DNA of 33,706 nucleotides, from positions 1 through 33,706 of the forward strand of contig JACPFH010000074.1 in NCBI GenBank assembly GCA_016183075.1. Direction: 5' to 3'. The stretch is from Deltaproteobacteria bacterium. GTDB taxonomy: Bacteria; Desulfobacterota; Binatia; UBA9968. How positions within the stretch are numbered: the stretch's first letter is position 1; each line of letters opens with the position of its first letter. The position numbers and the translations under genes are program-made. The notes under the pieces were generated by a model that did not search any database, was not told the origin of the DNA, and saw only the letters and a program-made list of their open reading frames with translations. This document shows, piece after piece, positions 6,872 to 15,302 of the stretch.

Positions 6872-9079
6872 GTGATGCCGAAGAATATCGTCCTGTTTTC
6901 GGATGGCACGGGCAACAGCGCTGGCAAGCTCTTCAAGACCAATGTCTGGCGACTGTACCAGGCAGTCGACCTTTCGGGGCCTCGTCCGGCGCCGCCGAAT
7001 AAGCCGGAGCAGGTCGCCTATTACGATGATGGAGTGGGGACCTCGGCGTTTAAGCCTCTGGCGCTGCTTGGGGGCGCCTTCGGGTGGGGGCTGAAGCGCA
7101 ACGTTATCGACCTGTACACCTTCCTGTGCCGCAACTATGAGGAGGGCGATCGGATCTACGGTTTCGGCTTTAGCCGGGGAGCCTTTACCATCCGGGTTCT
7201 GACGGGGCTAATCAACAACCAAGGTCTGGTGCGCGCCGAGACTGAAGCGAAACTCAGGCGGTTGGCGACAGACGCCTTCCGCGCATACCGGGCCGAACGC
7301 TACCGAACGAGGATCGGATTGGAGCGCCCGGCGCGTGCTCTGCGTGGCCGCGTTATTCGAGCTAAAAACTTTATCAGACGGCTGGAAACCTACCGCATCC
7401 GGGATACGGCGCGGAAGCCGTCGATCGCGTTCCTCGGACTTTGGGACACCGTGGACGCCTATGGACTTCCCATCGACGAGCTCACACGGGCCTGGAACGC
7501 GCTCTTCCCGCTCTCAGTGCCGGATCGCGAGCCGAGCGCCATCGTCCGGCGCGCCTGCCATGCGCTTGCTCTCGACGACGAACGGAACACATTTCATCCC
7601 GTTCTGTGGAACGAAAACAACCTGCCGGGGCGGAACATCCAGACTCTACGAATCCAGGATGAACGGATCACCCAGGTCTGGTTCACCGGGATGCATTCCA
7701 ATGTCGGCGGCGGCTATCCGGACGACGCGCTGGCCCACGTCTCGCTCGACTGGATGATGGGTGAGGCGGAACGAGCGGGACTCGTGTTCAAGCCCGGCGA
7801 ACGCGATAAGATCAAGGCCGCGGCCGACATATGCGGGAGGCTCTACGACTCCCGTCGCGGGCTTGGCGGTACCTATCGCTACCTGCCGCGAAAGCTCGCC
7901 GTGCTCACGAACGATATCGACGACAAACGGAACCAGGTGGTCATCAAGCGCCCGAAAATGCATGAGAGCGTGATCGAACGGATCAAAAAAGGCGTTGACG
8001 GATACGTCCCTTTGGTTTTGCCGGCGCGATACGGTGTCGTCACGGCAAACGGCGATATTCTGGATGCGCCGCCGATCACCCCGAGCGCAACGCGTGTCAT
8101 AGAGCATCCCACACAGGCCCAGGCCCGCGCCAATCTTCAAGAAAAGGTGTGGAATCTCGTCTGGTGCAAGCGCGTCGCCTATTTCACTTCCATCATCGTC
8201 GCCGTGGCGCTCGCAGCCTTCCCCCTCTATCGCACCGCGAGATCGGCTTGCGAAGGGCCGCTTTGCGCCCTGTCGCCGGTCGTAACCGCCATCGGCATTT
8301 TTCTCCCGGGCTCGGCCGGTCCATGGCTCAATGCCTATGAGAGTCATCCGGGAAGCTTCGGGCTCCTCGTGTTATTGTTGATCGCCCTTGTTTATGCGGG
8401 GAGTCGGCTTCAAGTGCGTATATTTGACGAGATGCGCGCTATTTGGAGGCCCATCCTTGAAAATCTCGGCTCGCCCGTGCCGATCGCCGCTGCGCCTGGC
8501 GGGGCGCTCTTCCGGCTGCGCTCGCACCCGCTCTACCAGAGTTTTTTCAAATTTATGAGGCGGGTGGTGTTCCCTTTCGTTGCCGGTGTGACCGCTGCGC
8601 TGGTAATAGTGGGGGGCATCAGCCAGGGTGTTTTCGCGGTGATGAGCTCCGCTGGGATCATCTGTACGCCGACGAAGTCCGGTCGGCTCGAGCCGGGCAT
8701 CCTGGACAAAGGCACTTTTTCCAACGATGCGCTGTGTTGGGCTAGCGGCGTCGAGATCGAGGAAGGCAAGCGGTACCGTCTCACGATCACGATCGATGAC
8801 AAGGATCCTTGGATGGACGGGACTATCCGCCCCGGCATCGGCGGCTTCGGAACGGAGCTAATGACGCCCGCTATGTTTTCGGGACTCCTCCTTCGGCGCC
8901 ATATCGGAGAACCTTGGTTCAAGCCGATTGCTCGGATCGGGAACCAGGGCAGCGATGAGTATCCGCTCGGCCCGGTGGGTTCGTCGGTTCGCGATCGGAC
9001 GGCCAAAAGGCTCGTCGCCGAGATCGCGGCACGTCGCAGCGGCGAGCTTTTCTTGTTCGTCAACGACGCCAGTCCCTAA
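6872..9079 (+). CDS. DUF2235 (Tle1-like alpha/beta-hydrolase/lipase fold) protein with multi-pass membrane region and C-terminal beta-rich domain
   Basis: The N-terminal ~330 aa carry DUF2235 hallmarks: VLFSDGTGNS, YYDDGVGT, nucleophile elbow GFGFSRGA, GLWDTVDAYG, HALALDDERNTF. About four hydrophobic helices are encoded at nt ~8170-8650. A soluble tail ends ...SGELFLFVNDASP. GTG 6872 or ATG 6875 could be the start. Confidence 0.85.
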   Translation: MMPKNIVLFSDGTGNSAGKLFKTNVWRLYQAVDLSGPRPAPPNKPEQVAYYDDGVGTSAFKPLALLGGAFGWGLKRNVIDLYTFLCRNYEEGDRIYGFGFSRGAFTIRVLTGLINNQGLVRAETEAKLRRLATDAFRAYRAERYRTRIGLERPARALRGRVIRAKNFIRRLETYRIRDTARKPSIAFLGLWDTVDAYGLPIDELTRAWNALFPLSVPDREPSAIVRRACHALALDDERNTFHPVLWNENNLPGRNIQTLRIQDERITQVWFTGMHSNVGGGYPDDALAHVSLDWMMGEAERAGLVFKPGERDKIKAAADICGRLYDSRRGLGGTYRYLPRKLAVLTNDIDDKRNQVVIKRPKMHESVIERIKKGVDGYVPLVLPARYGVVTANGDILDAPPITPSATRVIEHPTQAQARANLQEKVWNLVWCKRVAYFTSIIVAVALAAFPLYRTARSACEGPLCALSPVVTAIGIFLPGSAGPWLNAYESHPGSFGLLVLLLIALVYAGSRLQVRIFDEMRAIWRPILENLGSPVPIAAAPGGALFRLRSHPLYQSFFKFMRRVVFPFVAGVTAALVIVGGISQGVFAVMSSAGIICTPTKSGRLEPGILDKGTFSNDALCWASGVEIEEGKRYRLTITIDDKDPWMDGTIRPGIGGFGTELMTPAMFSGLLLRRHIGEPWFKPIARIGNQGSDEYPLGPVGSSVRDRTAKRLVAEIAARRSGELFLFVNDASP

Positions 9080-9206
9080 GGCCTGGCAAGTCTTCTATAA
9101 AAACAACCGGGGAACGGCCACGGTGAAGGTTCAACCCGTGGCCGAGCCAATGAGCTAGGGAAAAGCCGCGCGACAGTCCCGTGCAACAGTTTTTCGGCCT
9201 GAGACC

Positions 9207-10106
9207 GTGAATGCGAAGGTAGAACCCGGTTCTTTGAGCGCCTATCTGCTGGCGGCTCGTCCGCGAACGCTCACGGCCGCGCTGTCCCCCGTCCTCGTGG
9301 GCGGCGCGATCGCCTCAAGCCACGATACATTTGCCTTTCTTCCCTTCTTGGCAGCCCTGCTTGGCGCCGTCTGGATTCAGGTGGGAACCAATATCGCCAA
9401 CGACCTCCATGATTATCTCAGGGGCACGGACAGCCACGCGCGATTGGGTCCGCCCCGGGCCGCCCAATCCGGGCTTCTGACGACCGATCAGCTTCTCGCG
9501 GCCATGATCGTCAGTTTCTCGATGGCGACGCTTTGCGGCGTTTATCTCGTCGCCAAGGCCGGTTGGCCCATCGCCGTTGCCGGAGTTTTTGCGATCGCGT
9601 CGGGAATCGCGTACACGGCGGGCCCCATGCCGCTCGGTTATGTGGGAGTTGGTGATCTTTTCGTGTTTATCTTTTTCGGCCCGGTCGCGGTGTGCGGGAC
9701 CTACTATGTTCAGGCCGGATTTCTGACTTCAGAGGCGATCTTGGCATCCATTTCGGTCGGGCTTCTCACCACTGCGATCCTCGTCGTCAACGATGTCCGG
9801 GATATCGAGAGTGACATGCGCGCCGGCAAACGGACCCTACCCATACGCTTTGGACGGAAATTCGGTCTCGCCGAATATGCGTCCCTGATCGCTGTCTCTT
9901 ATTGTTGGCTTTTCCTCATGGCTTACGTAGCGGGAAATGGATGGCTGCTGCTTCCGTGGCTAGGCTTTCCCTGGGCGCTTTCTCTGATCCGATATTTTTT
10001 CCGCACCGAGCCCGGACCGCGCCTCAACCTCCTCCTTGCGCGGACGGCACAGCACCTTTTGCTCTATAGCGTGCTTCTCGGCTTCGGCTTCTTAGTCCGG
10101 ACGTAA
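9207..10106 (+). CDS. menA: 1,4-dihydroxy-2-naphthoate polyprenyltransferase (UbiA superfamily)
   Basis: 299 aa polytopic protein. ARPRTLTAALSPVLVGGAIA, NDLHDYLRGTD (first Asp-rich motif) and a second motif NDVRDIESD. GTG start. Confidence 0.82.
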   Translation: MNAKVEPGSLSAYLLAARPRTLTAALSPVLVGGAIASSHDTFAFLPFLAALLGAVWIQVGTNIANDLHDYLRGTDSHARLGPPRAAQSGLLTTDQLLAAMIVSFSMATLCGVYLVAKAGWPIAVAGVFAIASGIAYTAGPMPLGYVGVGDLFVFIFFGPVAVCGTYYVQAGFLTSEAILASISVGLLTTAILVVNDVRDIESDMRAGKRTLPIRFGRKFGLAEYASLIAVSYCWLFLMAYVAGNGWLLLPWLGFPWALSLIRYFFRTEPGPRLNLLLARTAQHLLLYSVLLGFGFLVRT

Positions 10107-10149
10107 GCATAGCTGCGGCTGTGTTTGGCCATGTTGCTCCTCGAGCCGC

Positions 10150-10440
10150 TAGTGTAGTGTTTCCAAAGTTCGTTGAATATTTCCAATGTCATTCCGGCCA
10201 ACCCCGGATCTTAGTCCGGGGTAGCGCGAGCCGGAATCCAGGGAATTTAAGGACTTCTGGATTCCCGCTTTCGCGGGAATGACGAGAGATGGAGCGCCGA
10301 CTTCTTCATCCAATTTCTGAATCAGGACACTAGTGTAGTCTTTCATAATTACCTTAACCTTCCGTTCGTGGTGAGCGTGTCGAACCATGAACGGAACCCG
10401 CTGAAATACCTCGCCCTTCGACATTCTCAGGGCGAACGGA
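10150..10440. repeat. cluster of REP-like palindromic elements between convergent genes
   Basis: Nested hairpins: GTCATTCCGGC (10188-10198) pairs with GCCGGAAT (10230-10237) and encloses CCCCGGA (10202-10208)/TCCGGGG (10215-10221). ATTCCCGC (10261-10268) pairs with GCGGGAAT (10273-10280). TCGCCC (10411-10416) pairs with GGGCGA (10430-10435). A near-identical 15-mer, CTAGTGTAGT(G/C)TTTC, occurs at 10150 and 10330. Confidence 0.7.
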
Positions 10441-10465
10441 CTATGTAAAGGTATTTTAGAGACGG

Positions 10466-11734
10466 CTAGCAGCAGGGGAGAGGGTTCTCGATCAGATTGT
10501 AGACGTCATCAAAGCCGATCTCGTTGATGACCTTTTGGATTTTGTAGAGCCGGGGAGGCTCCCCCGGGAGAAAAACCATGATCGCGGTCTCAATAGGCGG
10601 ACAGCCTGGCTTCACGCAGGGGACCTCTTTGATGACGATCGGCGTCTCTTTGGAAAAGCCGAGGTTTTGCCTGACCCAATACCTGATCTGGTCGACGGTG
10701 AACGAGGAGATCTCCAGATTCTCCCGGCCGAACGGATCAACACTCTTTGGCGAATCCCCGTTGCCCGTAGACAGGCAACCCATGAACCCTTCCCTGATGT
10801 TATTCAGGTCCAGGTCCCGGCCGATAAAGACGAGCCGGTTCATTCGTATTTCATCTTTTCCCCACTGTCTTCCCGGTCGTCCCTCGAACATCATATGAAC
10901 TCCCTGGAAAACGAATTGGTCGGGATCTCCCCGCAGGTTGAGGATACCCTTCATGCGCAGGATGCTGGCGCCGTGTTTAGAGATGAGCGAACGGAACCAC
11001 CGGCTCACGTTCATGCCGTCCAGCTCGCCGGGCTGCGTGAGTGAAAGGGTGGAGACGGCCGGGGTGTGAGTGTGATCGCCGGCGAAAAGATCCGGCGTAT
11101 CTTTCAACCTGTCGGCGAGGGTATCATGGTTCAGCTCCAGGAGGACATTGAGATCGAGATCGGCGTTTTTTGTCCGACGAAGAGCGGCCGTGCGGTTCAA
11201 GCTGCGCACCTTCTGTTCGAGGTTGTCGAGTTCCCCGGCGGTGGCCAGGTCGGTTTTGTTGAGCAGGTTAAGGTCGGCAAAGGCGATCTGCTCCTGCGCT
11301 TCGATCGAATGATCGATGTGGTTCCAGATGTGTTTGGCATCGACCACGGTCACGATCGCGTTGAGAGCGAATTCCCGCCGGATCCGCTCGTCGACGAAGA
11401 ACGTTTGGGCTACCGGGGCCGGATCGGCGAGACCGGTGGTCTCGATGAGGAGGCTGTCGAATTGGGACTTTCGCTCGCTCAACTGGAATAGGGCACGCAG
11501 GAGATCCCCCTGCACGGTGCAGCAAATGCAGCCGTTGTTCATCTGAACGATCTCCTGGTCCGATGAAAACAGGAGATGATGGTCGCTCCCGACTTCGCCG
11601 AACTCGTTGACGATAACCGCCACGCGGTGGCCGTGCTCGGTCGTAAGGATGCGATTTAAAAGGGTTGTTTTCCCGGCTCCTAGAAAGCCCGTTAGGATCG
11701 TGGCGGGAACCCGCCGGCTCTGCGTGTCGCTCAT
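10466..11734 (-). CDS. COG0523-family (CobW/YjiA/ZigA-like) metallochaperone GTPase with extra ~100-aa C-terminal domain
   Basis: The start is placed at ATG 11734 (MSDTQSRRVPATILTGFLGAGKTTLLN, P-loop). It has the canonical GCICCT metal motif and a CobW_C-like segment (ILRMKGILNL...VFIGRDLD). An unrecognised 101-aa tail then ends in PLPCC. The ORF-track start at 11872 would overlap the divergent neighbour. Confidence 0.88.
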   Translation of the reverse strand: MSDTQSRRVPATILTGFLGAGKTTLLNRILTTEHGHRVAVIVNEFGEVGSDHHLLFSSDQEIVQMNNGCICCTVQGDLLRALFQLSERKSQFDSLLIETTGLADPAPVAQTFFVDERIRREFALNAIVTVVDAKHIWNHIDHSIEAQEQIAFADLNLLNKTDLATAGELDNLEQKVRSLNRTAALRRTKNADLDLNVLLELNHDTLADRLKDTPDLFAGDHTHTPAVSTLSLTQPGELDGMNVSRWFRSLISKHGASILRMKGILNLRGDPDQFVFQGVHMMFEGRPGRQWGKDEIRMNRLVFIGRDLDLNNIREGFMGCLSTGNGDSPKSVDPFGRENLEISSFTVDQIRYWVRQNLGFSKETPIVIKEVPCVKPGCPPIETAIMVFLPGEPPRLYKIQKVINEIGFDDVYNLIENPLPCC

Positions 11735-11903
11735 CTTGGCTCGACAAAAAACAATTTTCGTCAAAAGCCTAACAACCGGCTTTCTGGTAGTCAATACGCG
11801 AGTAGGTGACGCGATTGCATGGAATCGGACGGAGTGGTAGAAACGGTGCAAAAATTTGATTGCGGAACGCACGCAACCGGAACGCGAAAGGGTGGGCCAT
11901 GGT

Positions 11904-12980
11904 ATGGGCTTTAGCGGCGAATTGGGTTTGCAGTTTACCCTTCAGGTCGCCTCTCACTACACGACTACCGAGCTGGCGGATCTTGCCGGGATGGCGGCTC
12001 GAAGCGGCTTTGACCAGGTCTGGCTGAGCGATGCGCTTCGCTATCGCAATGTTCTGGTGGTCGCGGCGGCCATTGCCAGCAAGGCACCGCTCAAAATCGG
12101 CACGGCCATTCTGGTGCCGTATTTTCGCAACCCGGTCGACGTCGCCGGTGCGCTTCTCGCTCTTTCCGAGCTTACAGGCGGAAGGGAAATCAGTCTTGGA
12201 ATCGCCAAAGGCAGCAAAGGGCAGGTGCCCCAGTACGTGCACATGTCCAAACCATTTCGCGTGGTGCGGGAGTCCGTTGGCTTCTGGCAGCGCCTGCTTG
12301 GCGGCGAAGAGGTCAAGTTTAGCGACTATCCTGCGCTATGCGCCTACTTCCAGCTTAACGAGGACGGTCATATTCGGCTTGCTGCTCTTCCCAAATCTCC
12401 CGTGCTCTTTTACGGCGGGGGCGTTGGGCCACGATTTCTCAAAATCGCGGGCGAAATCATGGATGGGGTTTTGATCGGAGGTTATTTCATCACCATGCTG
12501 AGGCTCGGGCGGCTGGAGCAGGCTTTGGCCGGTGCCGAGCAGGCGGCGCGAGCAGCCAATCCCAAAAAGAAACTGCGCAAGGTCTGCGAGCTTAACCTTG
12601 CCGTCGCCTCCGACGGGGAACGAGCGGTGGCAGAGGCGAAAAAATACACGGCCCACCATATGGTGAGCCTGCAGGCGCTGGGGTACACGCCGGAGGAGTT
12701 TGGCCGCCTCGGCATCGACTATGCTCAAGTCGATCGCCTGCGCGAAGGTTTACACGCGGGCATGACGATCGAAGAGGCCGCGCGCGATCTAGTCACCGAT
12801 GCCATGGCCAGGGCCTGTTTCGTCGCCGGATCTCCCGGGCAGTGCGTTGAGCCGGTATTGGAACTTGCGGGCCAGGCCCAGCGCTTGGGCTTCGATCAGA
12901 TCTCTTTTGCCAAGCTCGGGCCCGATTACGCGGAAACGATTCGCTTCCTAAGCGCTGAGATTCTTCCAAAGCTGCGCTAG
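11904..12980 (+). CDS. LLM-class (luciferase-like) flavin/F420-dependent oxidoreductase
   Basis: GFDQVWLSDALRYRNVLVVAAAIASKAPLKIGTAILVPYFRNPVDVAGALLALSELTGGREISLGIAKG is typical of luciferase-like monooxygenase/MER-like TIM barrels. The start is placed at ATG 11904 (AAAGGGTGG upstream). Confidence 0.8.
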   Translation: MGFSGELGLQFTLQVASHYTTTELADLAGMAARSGFDQVWLSDALRYRNVLVVAAAIASKAPLKIGTAILVPYFRNPVDVAGALLALSELTGGREISLGIAKGSKGQVPQYVHMSKPFRVVRESVGFWQRLLGGEEVKFSDYPALCAYFQLNEDGHIRLAALPKSPVLFYGGGVGPRFLKIAGEIMDGVLIGGYFITMLRLGRLEQALAGAEQAARAANPKKKLRKVCELNLAVASDGERAVAEAKKYTAHHMVSLQALGYTPEEFGRLGIDYAQVDRLREGLHAGMTIEEAARDLVTDAMARACFVAGSPGQCVEPVLELAGQAQRLGFDQISFAKLGPDYAETIRFLSAEILPKLR

Positions 12981-13005
12981 GGCTTGAAGCAGGAAGCGCT
13001 TCGCC

Positions 13006-13059
13006 GACCGACGACCGAGGACCGAGGACCGGCCGGTCCTCCGTCGCCCGTCTCCGGTC
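13006..13059. repeat. REP-like GACCGAGGACCG element, second copy of the family seen at 421-541
   Basis: GACCGACGACCGAGGACCGAGGACCGG followed by CCGGTCCTC. Perfect palindrome GAGGACCGG/CCGGTCCTC at 13024-13041. CCCGTCTCCGGTC (13047-13059) is the reverse complement of 462-474. Confidence 0.6.
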
Positions 13060-13110
13060 AAAGGGTTCTTCCGCCTGCGCGAGCCTGACGGAAACAGGCC
13101 ACGGCGGATT

Positions 13111-14001
13111 TCACTTTCGCTCTTTCTCCAAGGATTCTAAGGTGCGCTTCAGATCATCCGGCAGCGGCGCGGACCACTTCTGTTTTTTTCCTTTGTAGTG
13201 GAACGCGATGCTGCTTGCGTGGAGGAACAGTCGCTTCAGCCCGTGCGCCTTGCGGAATTGGCGGTTGAAAGCAAAATCTCCGTGCTGCGAATCCATGACC
13301 AGCGGATGGCCAAGCTTTGCGAAATGGAGGCGGATCTGATGCATCCGTCCGGTCTCGGTTTCCACCCGAACCAGGCTGGTCGTGGCGAACTCCTTCTCGA
13401 TCCGATAGAGCGTGAGCGCGGAAACCGGCTTGCCATCCCTTCCCGGTAGCGGCAAGTCGATCCGGCCTTCTCTCGGGTAAAGCCGCCCCATGACCAGCGC
13501 CAGATATTCTTTTTCGACTTCGCTCTCCTCGAAGCGCCGTTCCAGCTCCTTAGCCGTCTCCTCGTCTTTGGCTACAACGAAGACCCCCGAAGTCTCCTTG
13601 TCGAGGCGGTGAACGAGCTTCGGGATAACCCCTTGCGATCGATAGATTGCCTCGAGCATCCCGAGCAGCGACTGGCGCCTGGCGACCTGTTTGCCTTCAT
13701 GGACCGCTACGCCGGCGGGTTTGTGTACGAGAACGACGTGCTCGTCTTCGAACAGGATGACCAGCTTGTCGGTCAAGGCGGTCCTTTCCCTGGGTGCTTG
13801 AGGCGTTTTATCGAAGGGAATGAAAAGCTGGAGCCGGTCACCCGGCCCGGCTATTTCCGTGGGTGCCGGGCGTCTGCCGTTGAGTCGCACTCCGTGCTTG
13901 CGAAAAAGCTTTCTCACATACCCGATCGGAAAGCGCTTCTTCAGGAAATTTTCCAGCTTCTTGGGCGTCTCGTTTTCGGGGATGACGATCTCCCAGGGCA
14001 T
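13111..14001 (-). CDS. RluA-family 23S rRNA/tRNA pseudouridine synthase with N-terminal S4-like domain
   Basis: Catalytic motif HRLDKETSGVFVVAK, HQIRLHFA, and 296 aa length. Confidence 0.9.
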   Translation of the reverse strand: MPWEIVIPENETPKKLENFLKKRFPIGYVRKLFRKHGVRLNGRRPAPTEIAGPGDRLQLFIPFDKTPQAPRERTALTDKLVILFEDEHVVLVHKPAGVAVHEGKQVARRQSLLGMLEAIYRSQGVIPKLVHRLDKETSGVFVVAKDEETAKELERRFEESEVEKEYLALVMGRLYPREGRIDLPLPGRDGKPVSALTLYRIEKEFATTSLVRVETETGRMHQIRLHFAKLGHPLVMDSQHGDFAFNRQFRKAHGLKRLFLHASSIAFHYKGKKQKWSAPLPDDLKRTLESLEKERK

Positions 14002-14007
14002 CTCCTT

Positions 14008-14112
14008 CCTAATAGCCGCCTGGGTGAGACTTCGTCAAGGTTACGGGGACAGGCACGTAAGCGAGCCAGTCCCCGCTTCCCTAATAGCCGTCGGGTTTGG
14101 ACTTCGTCAAGG
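14008..14112. repeat. two 33-nt imperfect direct repeats in the divergent rluA-like/pheA intergenic region
   Basis: CCTAATAGCCGCCTGGGTGAGACTTCGTCAAGG (14008-14040) and CCTAATAGCCGTCGGGTTTGGACTTCGTCAAGG (14080-14112), about 27/33 identical, 72 nt start to start. Confidence 0.7.
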
Positions 14113-14213
14113 GGCGAAAAGGGGCGCAACGAGATTTGCAATTCCTTAGAAATTAAGATAGCTTACAGCAACTGGCGTAATTTGTGCGCTGCTTCGAAAG
14201 AGGTTGCGTCCAT

Positions 14214-15302
14214 GTGAGGTTTTCATTGAGCCGCAAAGAGGCGCTCGATGCGCTGCGAAAAAAGATCGATCAAGTCGATGAAAAGATTGTAGGCCTTCTG
14301 AATGAACGGGCTCTTCTCGCCCTGAAGATCGGGCAAACGAAGAGCCTCAATCGGGAAGAAGTTTACGTACCCAGCCGTGAAAAAGAGATCATTCACAGGC
14401 TGTCGAGCTTAAATCGAGGCCCGCTTCACGAGCAAGCCCTTCGCTCCATCTATCGCGAAGTGCTGTCCGCCTCCCGCTCCCTGGAAGCGCCGATCAAAAT
14501 CGCTTATCTCGGCCCTGAAGCGACCTTCGCGCACTTGGCGGCGCGGGAAAAATTTGGCTCGTCGTCGACGCTCATCCCGCTGCCGGGCATTGCCGATGTT
14601 TTTCAGGAAGTCAGTCAAGGGAGAGCGGAATACGGGGTCGTGCCCGTTGAGAACTCCACGGAAGGGGTGGTGACGCACACTCTGGACATGCTCGTGGAGG
14701 CGGATGTCAAGATCTGCGCCGAGATTTTTTTGGAAATCCATCTTTACTTATTATCCCGTTCCGGGCGCCTCGAGGATATTCGCCGGATCGTTTCCCATCC
14801 CCAGGCGCTGGCGCAATGCCGCCGCTGGCTCGCGAGCCATTGCTCGCACGCGCAAGTGGAAACGGCGTCGAGCACCGCGCACGCGGCCCAGACGGCCTTG
14901 CAGGATAACTCCGTTGCCGCTATCGCCAGCGGCATGGCAAAGGACTATTACGGCCTAGACGTGGTGGCGGCCAACATGGAGGACCACGCGGGTAACACCA
15001 CCCGTTTTCTGGTGATCGGGGATCAGGAACCCAAGCCGAGCGGAGATGACAAGACATCGATCGTTTTCTCGGTGAAGGACGAGGTCGGGATTCTCCATCG
15101 GATGTTGGAGCCGTTCGCAAAAAATCGAATTAATTTGACCAAGATCGAATCGCGCCCGCTCAAGCACAGGGCCTGGGAGTATCTGTTCTTTCTCGACTTT
15201 GAAGGACATAGAAAAGAGCCGAGGGTGCAACGGGCGATCAAGAAACTGGAGAGAAACTCCATCTTCATCAAGGTCCTGGGCTCTTATCCAATCGGCTTAT
15301 GA
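14214..15302 (+). CDS. pheA: bifunctional chorismate mutase / prephenate dehydratase (P-protein)
   Basis: CM segment LDALRKKIDQVDEKIVGLLNERA, PDT segment IAYLGPEATFAHLAA, ACT segment TSIVFSVKDEVGILHRMLEPFAKNRINLTKIESRP. The start is placed at GTG 14214 (GAAAGAGG 9 nt upstream). GTG 14184 is the alternative. Confidence 0.9.
   Translation: MRFSLSRKEALDALRKKIDQVDEKIVGLLNERALLALKIGQTKSLNREEVYVPSREKEIIHRLSSLNRGPLHEQALRSIYREVLSASRSLEAPIKIAYLGPEATFAHLAAREKFGSSSTLIPLPGIADVFQEVSQGRAEYGVVPVENSTEGVVTHTLDMLVEADVKICAEIFLEIHLYLLSRSGRLEDIRRIVSHPQALAQCRRWLASHCSHAQVETASSTAHAAQTALQDNSVAAIASGMAKDYYGLDVVAANMEDHAGNTTRFLVIGDQEPKPSGDDKTSIVFSVKDEVGILHRMLEPFAKNRINLTKIESRPLKHRAWEYLFFLDFEGHRKEPRVQRAIKKLERNSIFIKVLGSYPIGL

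Noticed and set aside
6151-8347. Antisense ORFs 6151-6942 (263 aa) and 7646-8347 (233 aa) opposite miaA and the DUF2235 gene
   Set aside because: Same reasoning: the sense-strand genes carry diagnostic motifs and the antisense products do not.
6872-9079. Calling the DUF2235 protein a T6SS Tle1 effector
   Set aside because: There are no T6SS structural, VgrG/PAAR or immunity genes in the neighbourhood. The protein has its own membrane-spanning region. Only the fold-level assignment is retained.
9116-9143. GGCCACGG...CCGTGGCC stem-loop after the DUF2235 gene as a rho-independent terminator
   Set aside because: It has an 8-bp stem but a 12-nt loop and no U-tract. It also lies inside the putative +1-frame coding extension, so it is not called as a terminator.
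10149-10424. 91-aa ORF in the menA/COG0523 gap
   Set aside because: It is composed almost entirely of translated palindromic repeat elements, has no RBS, and lies between convergent gene ends. It is treated as non-coding repeat DNA.
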